Below, one piece after another: positions 49,815 through 59,658 of a stretch of DNA of 64,000 nt. Origin of the DNA: an uncultured cyanobacterium (GTDB lineage: Bacteria; Cyanobacteriota; Cyanobacteriia; Phormidesmidales; Phormidesmidaceae); NCBI GenBank assembly GCA_963793265.1, contig CAWBZI010000004.1, positions 1 through 64,000 on the forward strand. The letters run 5' to 3'. Below the pieces are notes generated by a model. That model was given only the letters and a program-made list of their open reading frames with translations, ran no database searches and had not been told where the DNA came from. Within the stretch, counting starts at the first letter, position 1. Each line of letters opens with the position of its first letter. The translations under genes and the position numbers were made by a program.

Positions 49815-51245
49815 ATGAGTAAGCAACGCTCGATACTAGCCGCCCTGCTGGCACTCGTCATTGCGGCCATCGTCATTATTGTGAATGTGCCGACCCAGCT
49901 AGGTCTAGACTTGCGCGGCGGCACTCAGCTCACCATGCAGGTGATGCCTAACGAGCAAATTACTCAGGTCGGTGAACGCGAACTTGCCGCTGTTCAGCGC
50001 GTGATTGAAAACCGAGTCAACGGCCTCGGCGTCTCAGAAGCGGTTGTGCAAAGCGTCGGCCAAGACCAGCTCTCGATTCAGCTACCGGGCATCAGCGATC
50101 CTGAGAAAGCAGAACGTGTCCTCGGCGGCACCGCGCAGCTAGAGTTTCGTAACCAGAAGCCGAATACAGAAGGCGAATTTCAGGCGCTACAGACGATTGC
50201 GCAGCAGCAGCAGATTGAGAAGCAGGTGCTTGCAGACAGTGGGGATGTGGAGGCGATCACAGCCAACCAAACCGCCATCGAAGCTACCCAAGAAGACATC
50301 CTCGCCCTCTTTGCCGACACCGAACTAACTGGCGACAAACTACGAGACGCCCTCGCTAGGCCCATCGGTGGCCCCGGCGGCGCATGGGAAGTCGTAATTG
50401 AATTCACCAACGAAGGCTCAGCCCTCTTTTCTCAGCTCACTCGCGACATCGCAGGCACAGGACGCGGCATCGGGATCTTCTTAGATAACCAGCTCATCAG
50501 CGCCCCTAGCGTAGATGTGGAATACGCTCAAACCGGCATTACAGGCGGCAGCGCCGTCATTTCCGGCAACTTCAACGTCGAATCAGCCCGCGATCTTGAA
50601 ATTCAGCTTCGCGGCGGCTCTCTTCCCCTCCCCGTAGAAATCATCGAAAACCGTACGGTCGGCGCAACCTTAGGCCGCGATAGCGTAGAACGCAGTCTAT
50701 ATGCTGCCCTATTTGGCTTAGCACTCGTCCTCGTATTTATGGCCGTTTACTACCGTCTACCCGGCATTCTGGCCGACATCGCCCTCGTTGTTTATGCCTT
50801 GCTCACTTGGGCCGCTTACAATCTGCTCGGCGTCACCCTCACGCTGCCAGGGATTGCAGGCTTCATCCTCAGCATCGGCATGGCTGTAGATGCCAACGTC
50901 CTTATCTTCGAGCGCACCCGAGAAGAACTGCGAGCAGGCAAAACGCTATATCGCTCCGTAGAGTCCGGCTTTTACCGCGCCTTTTCTAGCATTCTAGACA
51001 GCAACGTTACTACTCTTATCGCCTGCGGAGCGCTGTTCTTTTTAGGTACTGGCCTGGTCAGAGGCTTTGCCCTCACGCTCGCAATCGGCGTTATTGTCAG
51101 CATGTTTACAGCCGTTTCCTGTAGCCGCACGCTGATGTTCTTTACGATTGGCTTCCCTCAGTTCCGTAAGCCCAATCTGTTTTGCCCTGGCGTTGAGGAT
51201 ATTCCTAAGCGATCGCCCAACCCCTCCCCTTCCACGCAGCAGTAA
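49815..51245 (+). CDS. secD: protein translocase subunit SecD
   Basis: LGLDLRGG, RVNGLGVSE and GMAVDANVLIFER motifs. Start 49806 or 49815. Confidence 0.95.
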   Translation: MSKQRSILAALLALVIAAIVIIVNVPTQLGLDLRGGTQLTMQVMPNEQITQVGERELAAVQRVIENRVNGLGVSEAVVQSVGQDQLSIQLPGISDPEKAERVLGGTAQLEFRNQKPNTEGEFQALQTIAQQQQIEKQVLADSGDVEAITANQTAIEATQEDILALFADTELTGDKLRDALARPIGGPGGAWEVVIEFTNEGSALFSQLTRDIAGTGRGIGIFLDNQLISAPSVDVEYAQTGITGGSAVISGNFNVESARDLEIQLRGGSLPLPVEIIENRTVGATLGRDSVERSLYAALFGLALVLVFMAVYYRLPGILADIALVVYALLTWAAYNLLGVTLTLPGIAGFILSIGMAVDANVLIFERTREELRAGKTLYRSVESGFYRAFSSILDSNVTTLIACGALFFLGTGLVRGFALTLAIGVIVSMFTAVSCSRTLMFFTIGFPQFRKPNLFCPGVEDIPKRSPNPSPSTQQ

Positions 51246-51299
51246 ATTATTCCAACAAAGCGTATTCTCGCCTCCAGCCACAAAAGCCTTCAGAACCAT

Positions 51300-52271
51300 A
51301 TGAAACTCAACGTCATCAAGCAAAGAACCCTATGGTGGTGCATCTCAGGAGCCATCATCCTAGTCGGCATCGCATCGATGGCGTTTTCGTTTCAAAAGTA
51401 CGGTGCGCCTATTCAGCCCAGCCTTGACTTCATCGGTGGCACCCGCTTGCAGCTCACCCGCGACTGTAGCGAGGCCGCTAACTGCGCTAGCCCTATCGAA
51501 ACCTCTACCGTGCAGCGGGTACTGACCGATCAGGGGCTAGCAGGTAGCGTTCAGCTTATAGGCGATGACGGTCAGACGGTGGCGGTGAGGACGAGTAATT
51601 TGGATGTGGATCAGCGCGATCGCCTCCAATCTGGTCTAGCAGACGCCATCGGCACTATAGATCCAAACTCTACTCAAAACGATACGGTTGGCCCCATCTT
51701 AGGCGAACAGCTTCTCAGAACAGGGCTTCTTTCTTTGATCGTGTCATTCGCCCTGATCGCAGCCTACCTCAGCCTTCGATTCAAACTTGACTATGCTATT
51801 CTCGCTATCGTTGCCCTGCTGCACGATCTACTCGTTACGCTAGGGATTTTCTCTATTCTCAGCCTCACTATTGGCTACGAAGCAGACTCTTTGTTCATTG
51901 TGGCGCTGCTCACCATCGTTGGCTTCTCAGTCAACGACACGGTGGTCATTTACGATCGCATTCGAGAGACGCTCAAGCTAAAACCCAATCTACCGATCAA
52001 TCAGGTCGTAGACGAGTCAGTTAACGATACGCTAGGCCGCTCTATCAACACCACCCTCACCACGGTGCTCACGCTGCTCAGCATTGTGCTATTTGGCGGC
52101 GGCTCGCTCAAGTTTTTTGCCCTCGCTCTGATTACTGGATTTGTTGCGGGTGCTTACTCTAGTATTTTCATTGCCAGTACGCTATTGGCCTGGTGGCGCA
52201 GTCGCTCTGAAGACGATAGCTTTGATGGTGGCAATGAGATTGAGCCCGTAGATTCTGCACCTGCTGTATAA
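51300..52271 (+). CDS. secF: protein translocase subunit SecF
   Basis: LDFIGGT and [16 protein letters not shown] motifs. Confidence 0.95.
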   Translation: MKLNVIKQRTLWWCISGAIILVGIASMAFSFQKYGAPIQPSLDFIGGTRLQLTRDCSEAANCASPIETSTVQRVLTDQGLAGSVQLIGDDGQTVAVRTSNLDVDQRDRLQSGLADAIGTIDPNSTQNDTVGPILGEQLLRTGLLSLIVSFALIAAYLSLRFKLDYAILAIVALLHDLLVTLGIFSILSLTIGYEADSLFIVALLTIVGFSVNDTVVIYDRIRETLKLKPNLPINQVVDESVNDTLGRSINTTLTTVLTLLSIVLFGGGSLKFFALALITGFVAGAYSSIFIASTLLAWWRSRSEDDSFDGGNEIEPVDSAPAV

Positions 52272-52326
52272 AAACCTATGTAGAAAACTTAGCTGTAAAC
52301 CCTTCTTCGCAAAGAGTATTGAAGCA

Positions 52327-52725
52327 TTGGTAAAAGAGCATACGGCCACTGAAGCTGAAGAACTAGAAGCTTTGCGCCAGCATATGATGCGTAGCTGGTG
52401 GTGGATTTGCTTGGGTCTTTGGCTAACGCTGGGGCTGCTGAGCCTGTGGACACTACGTTTTGAATTGCAGGAGCTACGCGAATATTTCACTTGGGCAGCC
52501 GTACGCTACATGTTTTATTACAACCGGCTTGCGGCGATTGGGATCGGGCTGTGCGTCGGTGTTACAGTAGCGACTTTGTATGCAGAGAGCCGTCATATTT
52601 TGTGGGGTCTGTCCAAGCAAGAAAAGAGTCAGCTTACCTACCGTCTTAAAAAGATTCATGCGCAGGGTTCATCGCATCCGCAGTGGAAGATTATTAGGTC
52701 TACTCACTCGCAGAATAAGGAATAA
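52327..52725 (+). CDS. conserved hypothetical membrane protein
   Basis: YFTWAAVRY, SRHILWG and GSSHPQW motifs, two TM segments. Confidence 0.7.
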   Translation: MVKEHTATEAEELEALRQHMMRSWWWICLGLWLTLGLLSLWTLRFELQELREYFTWAAVRYMFYYNRLAAIGIGLCVGVTVATLYAESRHILWGLSKQEKSQLTYRLKKIHAQGSSHPQWKIIRSTHSQNKE

Positions 52726-52832
52726 GTCTTACGTAACTGATTTTGCGTAGCTTCGTCCATCACAGAGTCAGTCCATAATATGAAAGCAAAGACTCTTGCT
52801 TCGAATCACTGTAGTTGTTTCCAAAGGAATTT

Positions 52833-53039
52833 ATGAGATTTAACGTAACGCTTAACCGTGACGAAGATGGTGTCTGGATCGTGGAGTGCCACAGCATTCC
52901 GGGTTGCGTAAGCCAAGGGGAAACACGCGAAGAAGCACTAGAAAATATTAAAGATGCTATTTCGAGTTGTCTACAGGTTCGAGCAGATCTAGGAATGCCA
53001 TTAACTATCGAGACTCATCAGGTCGAGGTTGTGGCCTAG
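52833..53039 (+). CDS. hicB: HicB family antitoxin (short)
   Basis: IPGCVSQGETREEALENIKDAI motif. RBS AAGGA before ATG 52833. Confidence 0.9.
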   Translation: MRFNVTLNRDEDGVWIVECHSIPGCVSQGETREEALENIKDAISSCLQVRADLGMPLTIETHQVEVVA

Positions 53040-53263
53040 TGAGTTCTGCTCTTCCGGTTTTGAGTGGCCGCAAGGTTGTTCGCGTTTTTGAAAATTTAGG
53101 TTGGGAAGTGGTTCGCCAAGCTGGCAGTCATATCATCATGGTCAAAGGAAAGAATCCAGTGACGCTTTCAGTCCCAAACCATCGCGAAGTGGCAAAAGGA
53201 ACCTTACGAAGCCTAATTCGATCTGCTGGGCTAACAGTGGAAGAGTTCATCGCGGCGAAATAG
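53039..53263 (+). CDS. hicA: HicA family toxin
   Basis: RQAGSHIIM and VPNHREVAKGTLRSLI motifs. GTG start overlaps the hicB stop. Confidence 0.9.
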   Translation: MSSALPVLSGRKVVRVFENLGWEVVRQAGSHIIMVKGKNPVTLSVPNHREVAKGTLRSLIRSAGLTVEEFIAAK

Positions 53264-54164
53264 TGACATGGCAGCTTGCTTTATCGAGCAACGCCTGATA
53301 CAAGTTTGCGGCAGAACGATCTATTAACAGGCTTGCCTGTGGCGTTTGCCTGAGCATAGAAGCTGGACAGTCCGTATTGATTGAACCTGTGAGCATCTTG
53401 TGAATAACGTCTGCTTTACCCTCGCCATAGGCCAGGCATAGGCTGTGTCGGGAGGCTCTAATAGCGCTGAGCGTAAGCGTAAAGGCATATTGTGGGACGG
53501 CTTCTATGCTCGCAAAAGCACTGGACTCGGCTTGCTGCTGACGGTTTCTCTCGTCTAGTCGAACGATTTTTACCCAGCGAGGATCGCGAAAGTCGGCAAC
53601 GCTTGGGTCGTTGAAGGCGAGGTGCCCGTTGTTACCAACACCTAAAAAGCAGAGGTCTGCTAGATGCTCGCGGAGTTGTTTTTCGTAGCTTTGACAAACT
53701 TCTAATGGCAACAGTGCGTTTCCTTCAAGGTCGTGCCATTGGCCCAATGGCACTTTGCTAGTGAGATGCTTTTTTAAGTAGTGACGAAAGCTGGCCGGAT
53801 GGTCGGCGGCGATGCCTAAGTATTCGTCTAAATGAAAGCCGGTGACTTTTGACCAGTCTATAGGCGGCTGGCGGTTTGGGTCGGTGAGGTGATTGAGAAG
53901 CTGTACTTGCGATCGCCCCGTTGCAAAAATAGCGTTCGCCTGCCTCTTTTCCTCAATCGCCTTTGCCAATATCTGTCGGGCGATCGCACTCCCAGCCATG
54001 GCCACATCCGCCGCCGACTCATAAACCCGCACCGTTAACAAATCCACCGTCAGCGTTTTAATCGGTACCGGCTGATCCGCATTTGAGCGAGCAAAATTTG
54101 AGCGAGCAAAATCATTCAAAGCAGTCACACTAGAAGAAGCTACTATTTTTGCACAGCAGCACAA
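53247..54164 (-). CDS. nagB: glucosamine-6-phosphate deaminase-like protein
   Basis: ATGRSQ, FHLDEY, GVGNNGHLAFNDP and CPASML motifs. True start is probably downstream of 54164. Confidence 0.85.
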   Translation of the reverse strand: MCCCAKIVASSSVTALNDFARSNFARSNADQPVPIKTLTVDLLTVRVYESAADVAMAGSAIARQILAKAIEEKRQANAIFATGRSQVQLLNHLTDPNRQPPIDWSKVTGFHLDEYLGIAADHPASFRHYLKKHLTSKVPLGQWHDLEGNALLPLEVCQSYEKQLREHLADLCFLGVGNNGHLAFNDPSVADFRDPRWVKIVRLDERNRQQQAESSAFASIEAVPQYAFTLTLSAIRASRHSLCLAYGEGKADVIHKMLTGSINTDCPASMLRQTPQASLLIDRSAANLYQALLDKASCHVTISPR

Positions 54165-54196
54165 AGCCTACTCTTCACTTCATCCCATGGCAATTT

Positions 54197-54403
54197 ATGG
54201 CTCCCATCGAATCTAATGATGGTCTAATGACCACGCTTATTTTAGCGGTACCGTTTGCTGCTCTGCTCTATTGCGGCTTGGCCATTGGCGTATTACTAAC
54301 AGTTCCTGCCGCTAAAGCCTATCCATTAGTTTTCGGTGGTATTTTTGGCCTGATTCCACTCGTCACAGGTGCCGCCATTTGGGTAGGCCCCTTCAGAAAA
54401 TAA
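54197..54403 (+). CDS. small two-TM hypothetical protein
   Basis: Two hydrophobic helices, ATG at 54197. Confidence 0.55.
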   Translation: MAPIESNDGLMTTLILAVPFAALLYCGLAIGVLLTVPAAKAYPLVFGGIFGLIPLVTGAAIWVGPFRK

Positions 54404-54414
54404 ACGTATAGCTG

Positions 54415-55755
54415 CTACAACTGCCATTGCACCAAGCGAACCGCATTGCCTAAGATTCGATGCTTGAGCCAAGAACGATTTTTCCACTGCTTGAGCGAAA
54501 TTTGCTCGCTTTGTGAAAAACCTCTCTCAAATACGGCCTCGACGCCCTCAAATAGTTTATCGCTGCTGGTTACAATGTCTAGCTCGTCGTTGTGCAAAAA
54601 GCTGCGGTAGTCAAAGTTTGCGCTACCGATGTTAGCCCAGTCATCATCGACAATGAGCATTTTTGCATGAGTCATGCTGGGCTGATACTCAAATATTTTG
54701 ACGCCCGCTTTCAAAAGTGAGCCGTACACTTCAAACGAAGCGTAGTAAACGGGCTTTTTGTCTGATTTGACGCTTGTAGTCAAAATCCGCACGTCTACGC
54801 CTGCTTCGTGAGCTGAAATTAGCATTTGTCGCGTACTTTTGTTGGGTAAAAAATACGGACTCGATATCCAAACTCGATGCCTGGCGCAGGCAATCAGCGT
54901 TTGCTTGAGCGTTTCAATAGGAGAATCACGATAGCCTGGTTTTGTACCGGGCGTAACTAGGATTGAAGATGTTTCATTTGGCCGAGATAGCTCAGAGGGT
55001 TCTTTCTTTTTTGGCGACGGATACACGACGCTCATATCAATAGACGTTACTTCGCCCTTCTCTTTTCGATGCCCTAGCCAGTGAGCCTGAAAAATGGCCC
55101 CCAGCACTTCAACAATCTCGCCCTCAACTGCCGCCTCAATATCTAACCAAGGCTTTGTATCATCCGATTTTTCGGTGCCGTCCCATAGGTTAGAAATACC
55201 TGCGCCGCCAGTTAAGGCTACTTTGCTGTCGATAATGAGTAGCTTACGGTGTGTTCTGCCTGCGAAGTTAGCGGGTGCTCGCCAGTCAAACGGATTAAAG
55301 AAAACAATTTCTACGCCGACTGAGCGCAGCCGCTGCCAGTATTCGTCTTTAAGCGATCGCGTTCCCCAAGTATCAGCGAGCACCTGTACGCTTACCCCGT
55401 CGATGGCTCGGCGGCATAGCGCATCGGCAAAATCATCTGCTCGCCGCCCAGGCGTCATCATAAAGGTTTCAAACTGGATGCTGCACTTGGCGCTATTAAT
55501 GGCATCGACTCTGGCTTTTTGAATTTCGTCCATCGTGTCCCAAAACTGGGTGACGTGGCCGGTGGATTCCAGGGAGCCAGTGATGCTTTTTAGGGCGGTG
55601 AGGAAGCGTGGATCTGTCGGTGCGATCGCTTTTTCTATATGAAACAAAGGTCGCCACCGAAAAGCCCCGCGAATGTAAAGGCTTAGCAGTATCAGCACTA
55701 CCAGAACCAGCACGGCAATTAACGACCAAAAAAGAATGTCGAGAAAGATTCCCAT
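54415..55755 (-). CDS. phospholipase D family, cardiolipin synthase-like
   Basis: Two HKD motifs (HRKLLIID, HAKMLIVD), SPYF, GSANFDYRS and an N-terminal TM. Confidence 0.88.
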   Translation of the reverse strand: MGIFLDILFWSLIAVLVLVVLILLSLYIRGAFRWRPLFHIEKAIAPTDPRFLTALKSITGSLESTGHVTQFWDTMDEIQKARVDAINSAKCSIQFETFMMTPGRRADDFADALCRRAIDGVSVQVLADTWGTRSLKDEYWQRLRSVGVEIVFFNPFDWRAPANFAGRTHRKLLIIDSKVALTGGAGISNLWDGTEKSDDTKPWLDIEAAVEGEIVEVLGAIFQAHWLGHRKEKGEVTSIDMSVVYPSPKKKEPSELSRPNETSSILVTPGTKPGYRDSPIETLKQTLIACARHRVWISSPYFLPNKSTRQMLISAHEAGVDVRILTTSVKSDKKPVYYASFEVYGSLLKAGVKIFEYQPSMTHAKMLIVDDDWANIGSANFDYRSFLHNDELDIVTSSDKLFEGVEAVFERGFSQSEQISLKQWKNRSWLKHRILGNAVRLVQWQL

Positions 55756-55994
55756 GCAGTTTTCCTGTTATCTACAGACCTTTTATACAGCCAACGAGAG
55801 CGCACACCTGACCAAAGTCTATATACCTCTGGGTATTTTCTTGGTCTGACAGAAGGCATAGATTCAGGGAAGAGAACGGATTGAAAGCCGAAGAGAAGAG
55901 CAGTTTGTTCTTTTCAAGAATTTACGGCGTGGTGCTGCAAAAACGTATCCTCGAAGTTTGTTCTTTTTGTTTTTCGGTGCCTAGTGAGTGGCGT

Positions 55995-56456
55995 CTAATG
56001 AGGGCTCAGATTGAATTCTCGCACCGCAGGCATGAAATTATTGTTTTCGTGACTGGGGCGGCTGAGCTTGATTAAAGCAAACCGCTGAAGCTCACTTAGC
56101 GCTGCCCACTGCTCTACGGAGAGCGGTACGTTCTGCGACTGAAACTTTTGAACGACCTGCTCTGGAATGTTTGAAAGGTTTTGCCAGGGCGGAGAAGCAG
56201 ACACGTCTAAGGTTTTGGCGGGGGCACCTGCGCGATCGGTGATGAGAGCTTGGAGGCGATCGCGATACTCCTCTATCTCCTTAGTTGTGCTGCACGGCCA
56301 CTTTACTAAGGTTAAACGCTCATCAGGCGTAAGTTTATTCCAATGCTCTAATTTGAGCTTTACCCCACAGGTATCGAGGCTGTGGCGAACGCTCATAGGG
56401 ATGCAGCGCAGTGAGCCTACAAAATCCTGCTCAAATTCAAAATAGGGAGAAGCCAT
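55995..56456 (-). CDS. narM: nitrate reductase-associated maturation protein
   Basis: FEFEQDFVGSLRCIPM..CGVKLKL and LQRFALIKLSRPSHEN motifs. Confidence 0.88.
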   Translation of the reverse strand: MASPYFEFEQDFVGSLRCIPMSVRHSLDTCGVKLKLEHWNKLTPDERLTLVKWPCSTTKEIEEYRDRLQALITDRAGAPAKTLDVSASPPWQNLSNIPEQVVQKFQSQNVPLSVEQWAALSELQRFALIKLSRPSHENNNFMPAVREFNLSPH

Positions 56457-56769
56457 TAAAAAGCTTTTTGTAGTTTTTCCTGTAAAAGTCTGTCTGTAAT
56501 AAAAGACAGCACGAAACAATTCTTTTTATCCTGCCTAGATAATCTCATACCTGAGTACTAGGCGATCTCACTCCTTAGTAGACCTTGATTCGCTTGACTC
56601 GCTCGGTCAGTTAAGGGAGACTTAATATAAGTACAAGTAGTCAGCTAGTGGTCACTCTCGCCTGATGCGAACAATTGTAAAGTTTTGCAGCGTTATGCCT
56701 AGTTAATTTCAGTGACATTGACTACGATTATAAGGAATTATTTCCAAGCTCCTCTTAGCACGGTTTTAT

Positions 56770-56991
56770 ATGGAAACGCTTGAGTTTGTAATTTATCCCG
56801 ACGGTCGGGTTAAGGAAACGGTAACGGGTATCGTCGGCGCTTCTTGCGCTGAAGTGACGGCTGCTATAGAAGCGCAGCTTGGCGAAGTGATGGCCCAAGA
56901 GACGACTTCTGAGTATTACGCGCAGCCGGTTACCGTCGCTAGCAAAGTGTCTAATGCTGCTCAAGCCAACGTTTCTCATAGCCACTGGTAG
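56770..56991 (+). CDS. DUF2997 family protein
   Basis: FVIYPDGRVKETVTGIVGASCAEVT motif. Confidence 0.88.
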   Translation: METLEFVIYPDGRVKETVTGIVGASCAEVTAAIEAQLGEVMAQETTSEYYAQPVTVASKVSNAAQANVSHSHW

Positions 56992-57094
56992 CGCTCTTTT
57001 TTACGGTACCTTCGCTTCATTTTTTGACGCTATAACTGACGACTTCTATGCGTCATTCAGCTCTCCAACTGCCTAATCTATCCAGGTCTTACAA

Positions 57095-57487
57095 ATGTCT
57101 CACTTTAGCCAAATAAAAACTAAGCTCCGCAACCTTTCCTCTTTGCAGCTAGCGCTAAATGATGCAGGCGTTCGCTGGGAAGTTGGCCCTAAGACCGTTC
57201 GCGGCTACCAGGGAAAAACTGAAACCGCTGAGGTCGTGATTGAGCAGCAAAACGGCTACGATGTCGGGTTTAAGCGCGACGAAGAAACCGGCAACTATGA
57301 GCTAGTGGCTGATTTGCAGTATTGGCAGCAGCCGCTTTCGGTGAATGGCTTTATTAATCAGGTCACGCAGCGCTACGCCTATCACACCGTTCTCAATGAG
57401 TCTGCTAATAAAGGCTTTCAGGTTTCTGAGCAGGTAGATAATAAGGATGGCTCTATCCGCTTAGTGCTACAGCGCTGGGGCGCATAG
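57095..57487 (+). CDS. ycf35: Ycf35 / DUF1257 family protein
   Basis: MSHFSQIKT, VRGYQG, YELVADLQYW and TQRYAY motifs. Confidence 0.9.
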   Translation: MSHFSQIKTKLRNLSSLQLALNDAGVRWEVGPKTVRGYQGKTETAEVVIEQQNGYDVGFKRDEETGNYELVADLQYWQQPLSVNGFINQVTQRYAYHTVLNESANKGFQVSEQVDNKDGSIRLVLQRWGA

Positions 57488-57605
57488 CTTTCCGATGGCT
57501 TCTCTTTTTTTGGAAGCCTAATCAATTTTCAAAAGCCTTGGTTTGTTCGCAGCCGAGGCTTTTTATTTATCTCGAAGCGAAACATTGTCTAACGAAAGAT
57601 TGCAT

Positions 57606-58067
57606 ATGTCTAAAAACCCATCCGAAAATAATGCCGACAGTCGCACTGGATTTGAGCCTGAGCTAGGCGGCGTGCTGAGAAATGCCCAATCGCGCAGCGG
57701 TTTGGAGCCTGAGCTAGGCGGGCAGTTTCGTCAAAAGGGTGTGTATGTAGACGAGATTAGCTGTATTGGCTGCACGCACTGCGCCCATGTGGCTCGCAAT
57801 ACGTTTTATATAGAGCCGGAGTATGGCCGGGCGCGGGTGGTTCGTCAGAATGGTGATTCGGCGGCGCTGATTGAAGAGGCGATGGATACCTGTCCGGTGG
57901 ATTGTATTCATGAGGTGGACTATACCGAGCTGAGACAGTTGGAGCGCGATCGCCTCAATCAGGTTATGCCGGTGGTAGGCTTCCCCGCAGAAAAGGCCGT
58001 TGCGATGGTTCATCAGCGCCGCCGTAACCGCAAACTGCGCCAGGCTAAAAATCGGGAGCCTGAGTAA
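57606..58067 (+). CDS. ferredoxin (4Fe-4S/3Fe-4S type)
   Basis: CIGCTHC...CPVDCI, with duplicated EPELGG motif. Confidence 0.88.
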   Translation: MSKNPSENNADSRTGFEPELGGVLRNAQSRSGLEPELGGQFRQKGVYVDEISCIGCTHCAHVARNTFYIEPEYGRARVVRQNGDSAALIEEAMDTCPVDCIHEVDYTELRQLERDRLNQVMPVVGFPAEKAVAMVHQRRRNRKLRQAKNREPE

Positions 58068-59562
58068 CTTGAACCTGCCCGTTAGGGGCGATCGCTAAGC
58101 GTAGGGTCACCATCGAGACAGTCTCTAAGCTTTCGGCTGGCAGATTGAGAGACAGTCCGCTGGGCTGAAGGTTGCTTGCCTCGGCTTCAGCCGCTTCGCT
58201 CTGTGCTTCAAAGCTGACGATTCGCCCCTGATTGGATAGCTGAATTTGATAGATCAAGGGGGCTGAGGGTGATAGCTCAATGATTTGCTGTCGGTTTTGG
58301 AAATAGGTTTGGGTTTGGGCGATCGCCTGCTCAACGGCATCGGCATAAAGAGCACTGCTAAGTCCCAAAGCATCACTTGCCTCAGCGGATGCGGATGCCC
58401 TTTGCTCATAGGCTTCAGCAGGCAATGTCTCAGCAGCAGAGTCCGAGGGCAGGTCAGACGCTAACGATTCAGGCAGCTCTGACATACGCCCCTGGGCCTG
58501 GCGCTCTGTCTGTATTGCCGAGGGCTGTCTTATGGGCGGTGCCGATGCGATGTCTGGGATTTCGTCGGCTGATACAGGCGGTGGAACAGGCGCTGGCGGC
58601 GCGGCTGGTTGTGAGCTGTCCGGTTGACTGCCGCTAGAACGTTCAGGCTTTATATCCGGTGGGTCTGAAGCAACTGGTATGTCTGAAGTAGGTTGATCTG
58701 CGGCGGATCTGTCCGTAACGGATGGATTTAATTGCTCTTCTAGAGGCTCAATAGTGCGATCGCCTATCGATTCTTCTGTGCGTCCTCTACTAGCCGATTC
58801 TTGGGGGAGTGCAGATCTTTGACGGCTGGTTCCCTGACCAGCTTCAGGCGGGGGCGAGGGAGTCGCGTTGCTGGGGCTCGGTTCAGCCTGAATGGCCTCC
58901 AACTCTCTGTCTGTCGCTGAATCTTCTGCCTCTTGGATTGAGCGCTCGGCTTCTCTATTAACGGTAGCCGTGAGCTGCTGGTCGTTTGAGCTGTTTTGCC
59001 AAATTGCCGTGCTAAGGCCGACAGTCAGTAGTGCGCCCGCTGCTGCTGATCCTATCCATAGCCTACGGCGACGGCGGGCGGCGGACAGGGAAATAACATT
59101 ATTGGTTTGGATCGTTTCGGCAGGCTGGGGAGCGATCGCCTCTACTGAACTTTCTTCTACTGAACTTTCTACCGATCTCAGCGCTACAGGCAGTGCTCTT
59201 GTGGCCTGCTCGCACTGATATAGCACGGACTGTAGGTCGCATAGCTGCAGATAGCTGAGGGGCTGAGAGATTGCTATAGGAGAAGGCGGCGGGGCGGTTT
59301 GGTTGAGGTGGGCGATCGCTAAGGTCGAGCGAACTTGCTGCGATATAGACTGCGATAGCGCTTGGAGGGTGGTGCGATCGCCCTGAGCTAATAGCACGGG
59401 CTCTTCATTCTCGTGTGTACTCATCCACAGCTCAAACTGTAGGTCTTGCGCGATGGGCTGCGGGTACCACTTTGAAAGCGCCGAGAGCTGCAAATCCACA
59501 TCGAGAATATAGTTGCCAGCGGTATATCGTTGTTGGGTAGAAGGAGTCGCTGGCGTAGCCAT
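58045..59562 (-). CDS. DUF4335-like single-TM protein
   Basis: QRYTAGNYILDV and LSYLQLCDL motifs, TM, Pro/Ser-rich linker, C-terminal LIYQIQLSNQG domain. Confidence 0.7.
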   Translation of the reverse strand: MATPATPSTQQRYTAGNYILDVDLQLSALSKWYPQPIAQDLQFELWMSTHENEEPVLLAQGDRTTLQALSQSISQQVRSTLAIAHLNQTAPPPSPIAISQPLSYLQLCDLQSVLYQCEQATRALPVALRSVESSVEESSVEAIAPQPAETIQTNNVISLSAARRRRRLWIGSAAAGALLTVGLSTAIWQNSSNDQQLTATVNREAERSIQEAEDSATDRELEAIQAEPSPSNATPSPPPEAGQGTSRQRSALPQESASRGRTEESIGDRTIEPLEEQLNPSVTDRSAADQPTSDIPVASDPPDIKPERSSGSQPDSSQPAAPPAPVPPPVSADEIPDIASAPPIRQPSAIQTERQAQGRMSELPESLASDLPSDSAAETLPAEAYEQRASASAEASDALGLSSALYADAVEQAIAQTQTYFQNRQQIIELSPSAPLIYQIQLSNQGRIVSFEAQSEAAEAEASNLQPSGLSLNLPAESLETVSMVTLRLAIAPNGQVQVTQAPDF

Positions 59563-59658
59563 CTAGCAGTTTGATAAATCGAGTGGTGAGCATACACCTA
59601 ATAGAATAGCGACGAATTCGCTTCTCATTCGCCTGGTTACTGATATGGCAACGCTCGC

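Noticed and set aside
55881..56075. 64 aa ORF between the PLD gene and narM
   Set aside because: TTG start, antisense overlap with narM, no motifs.
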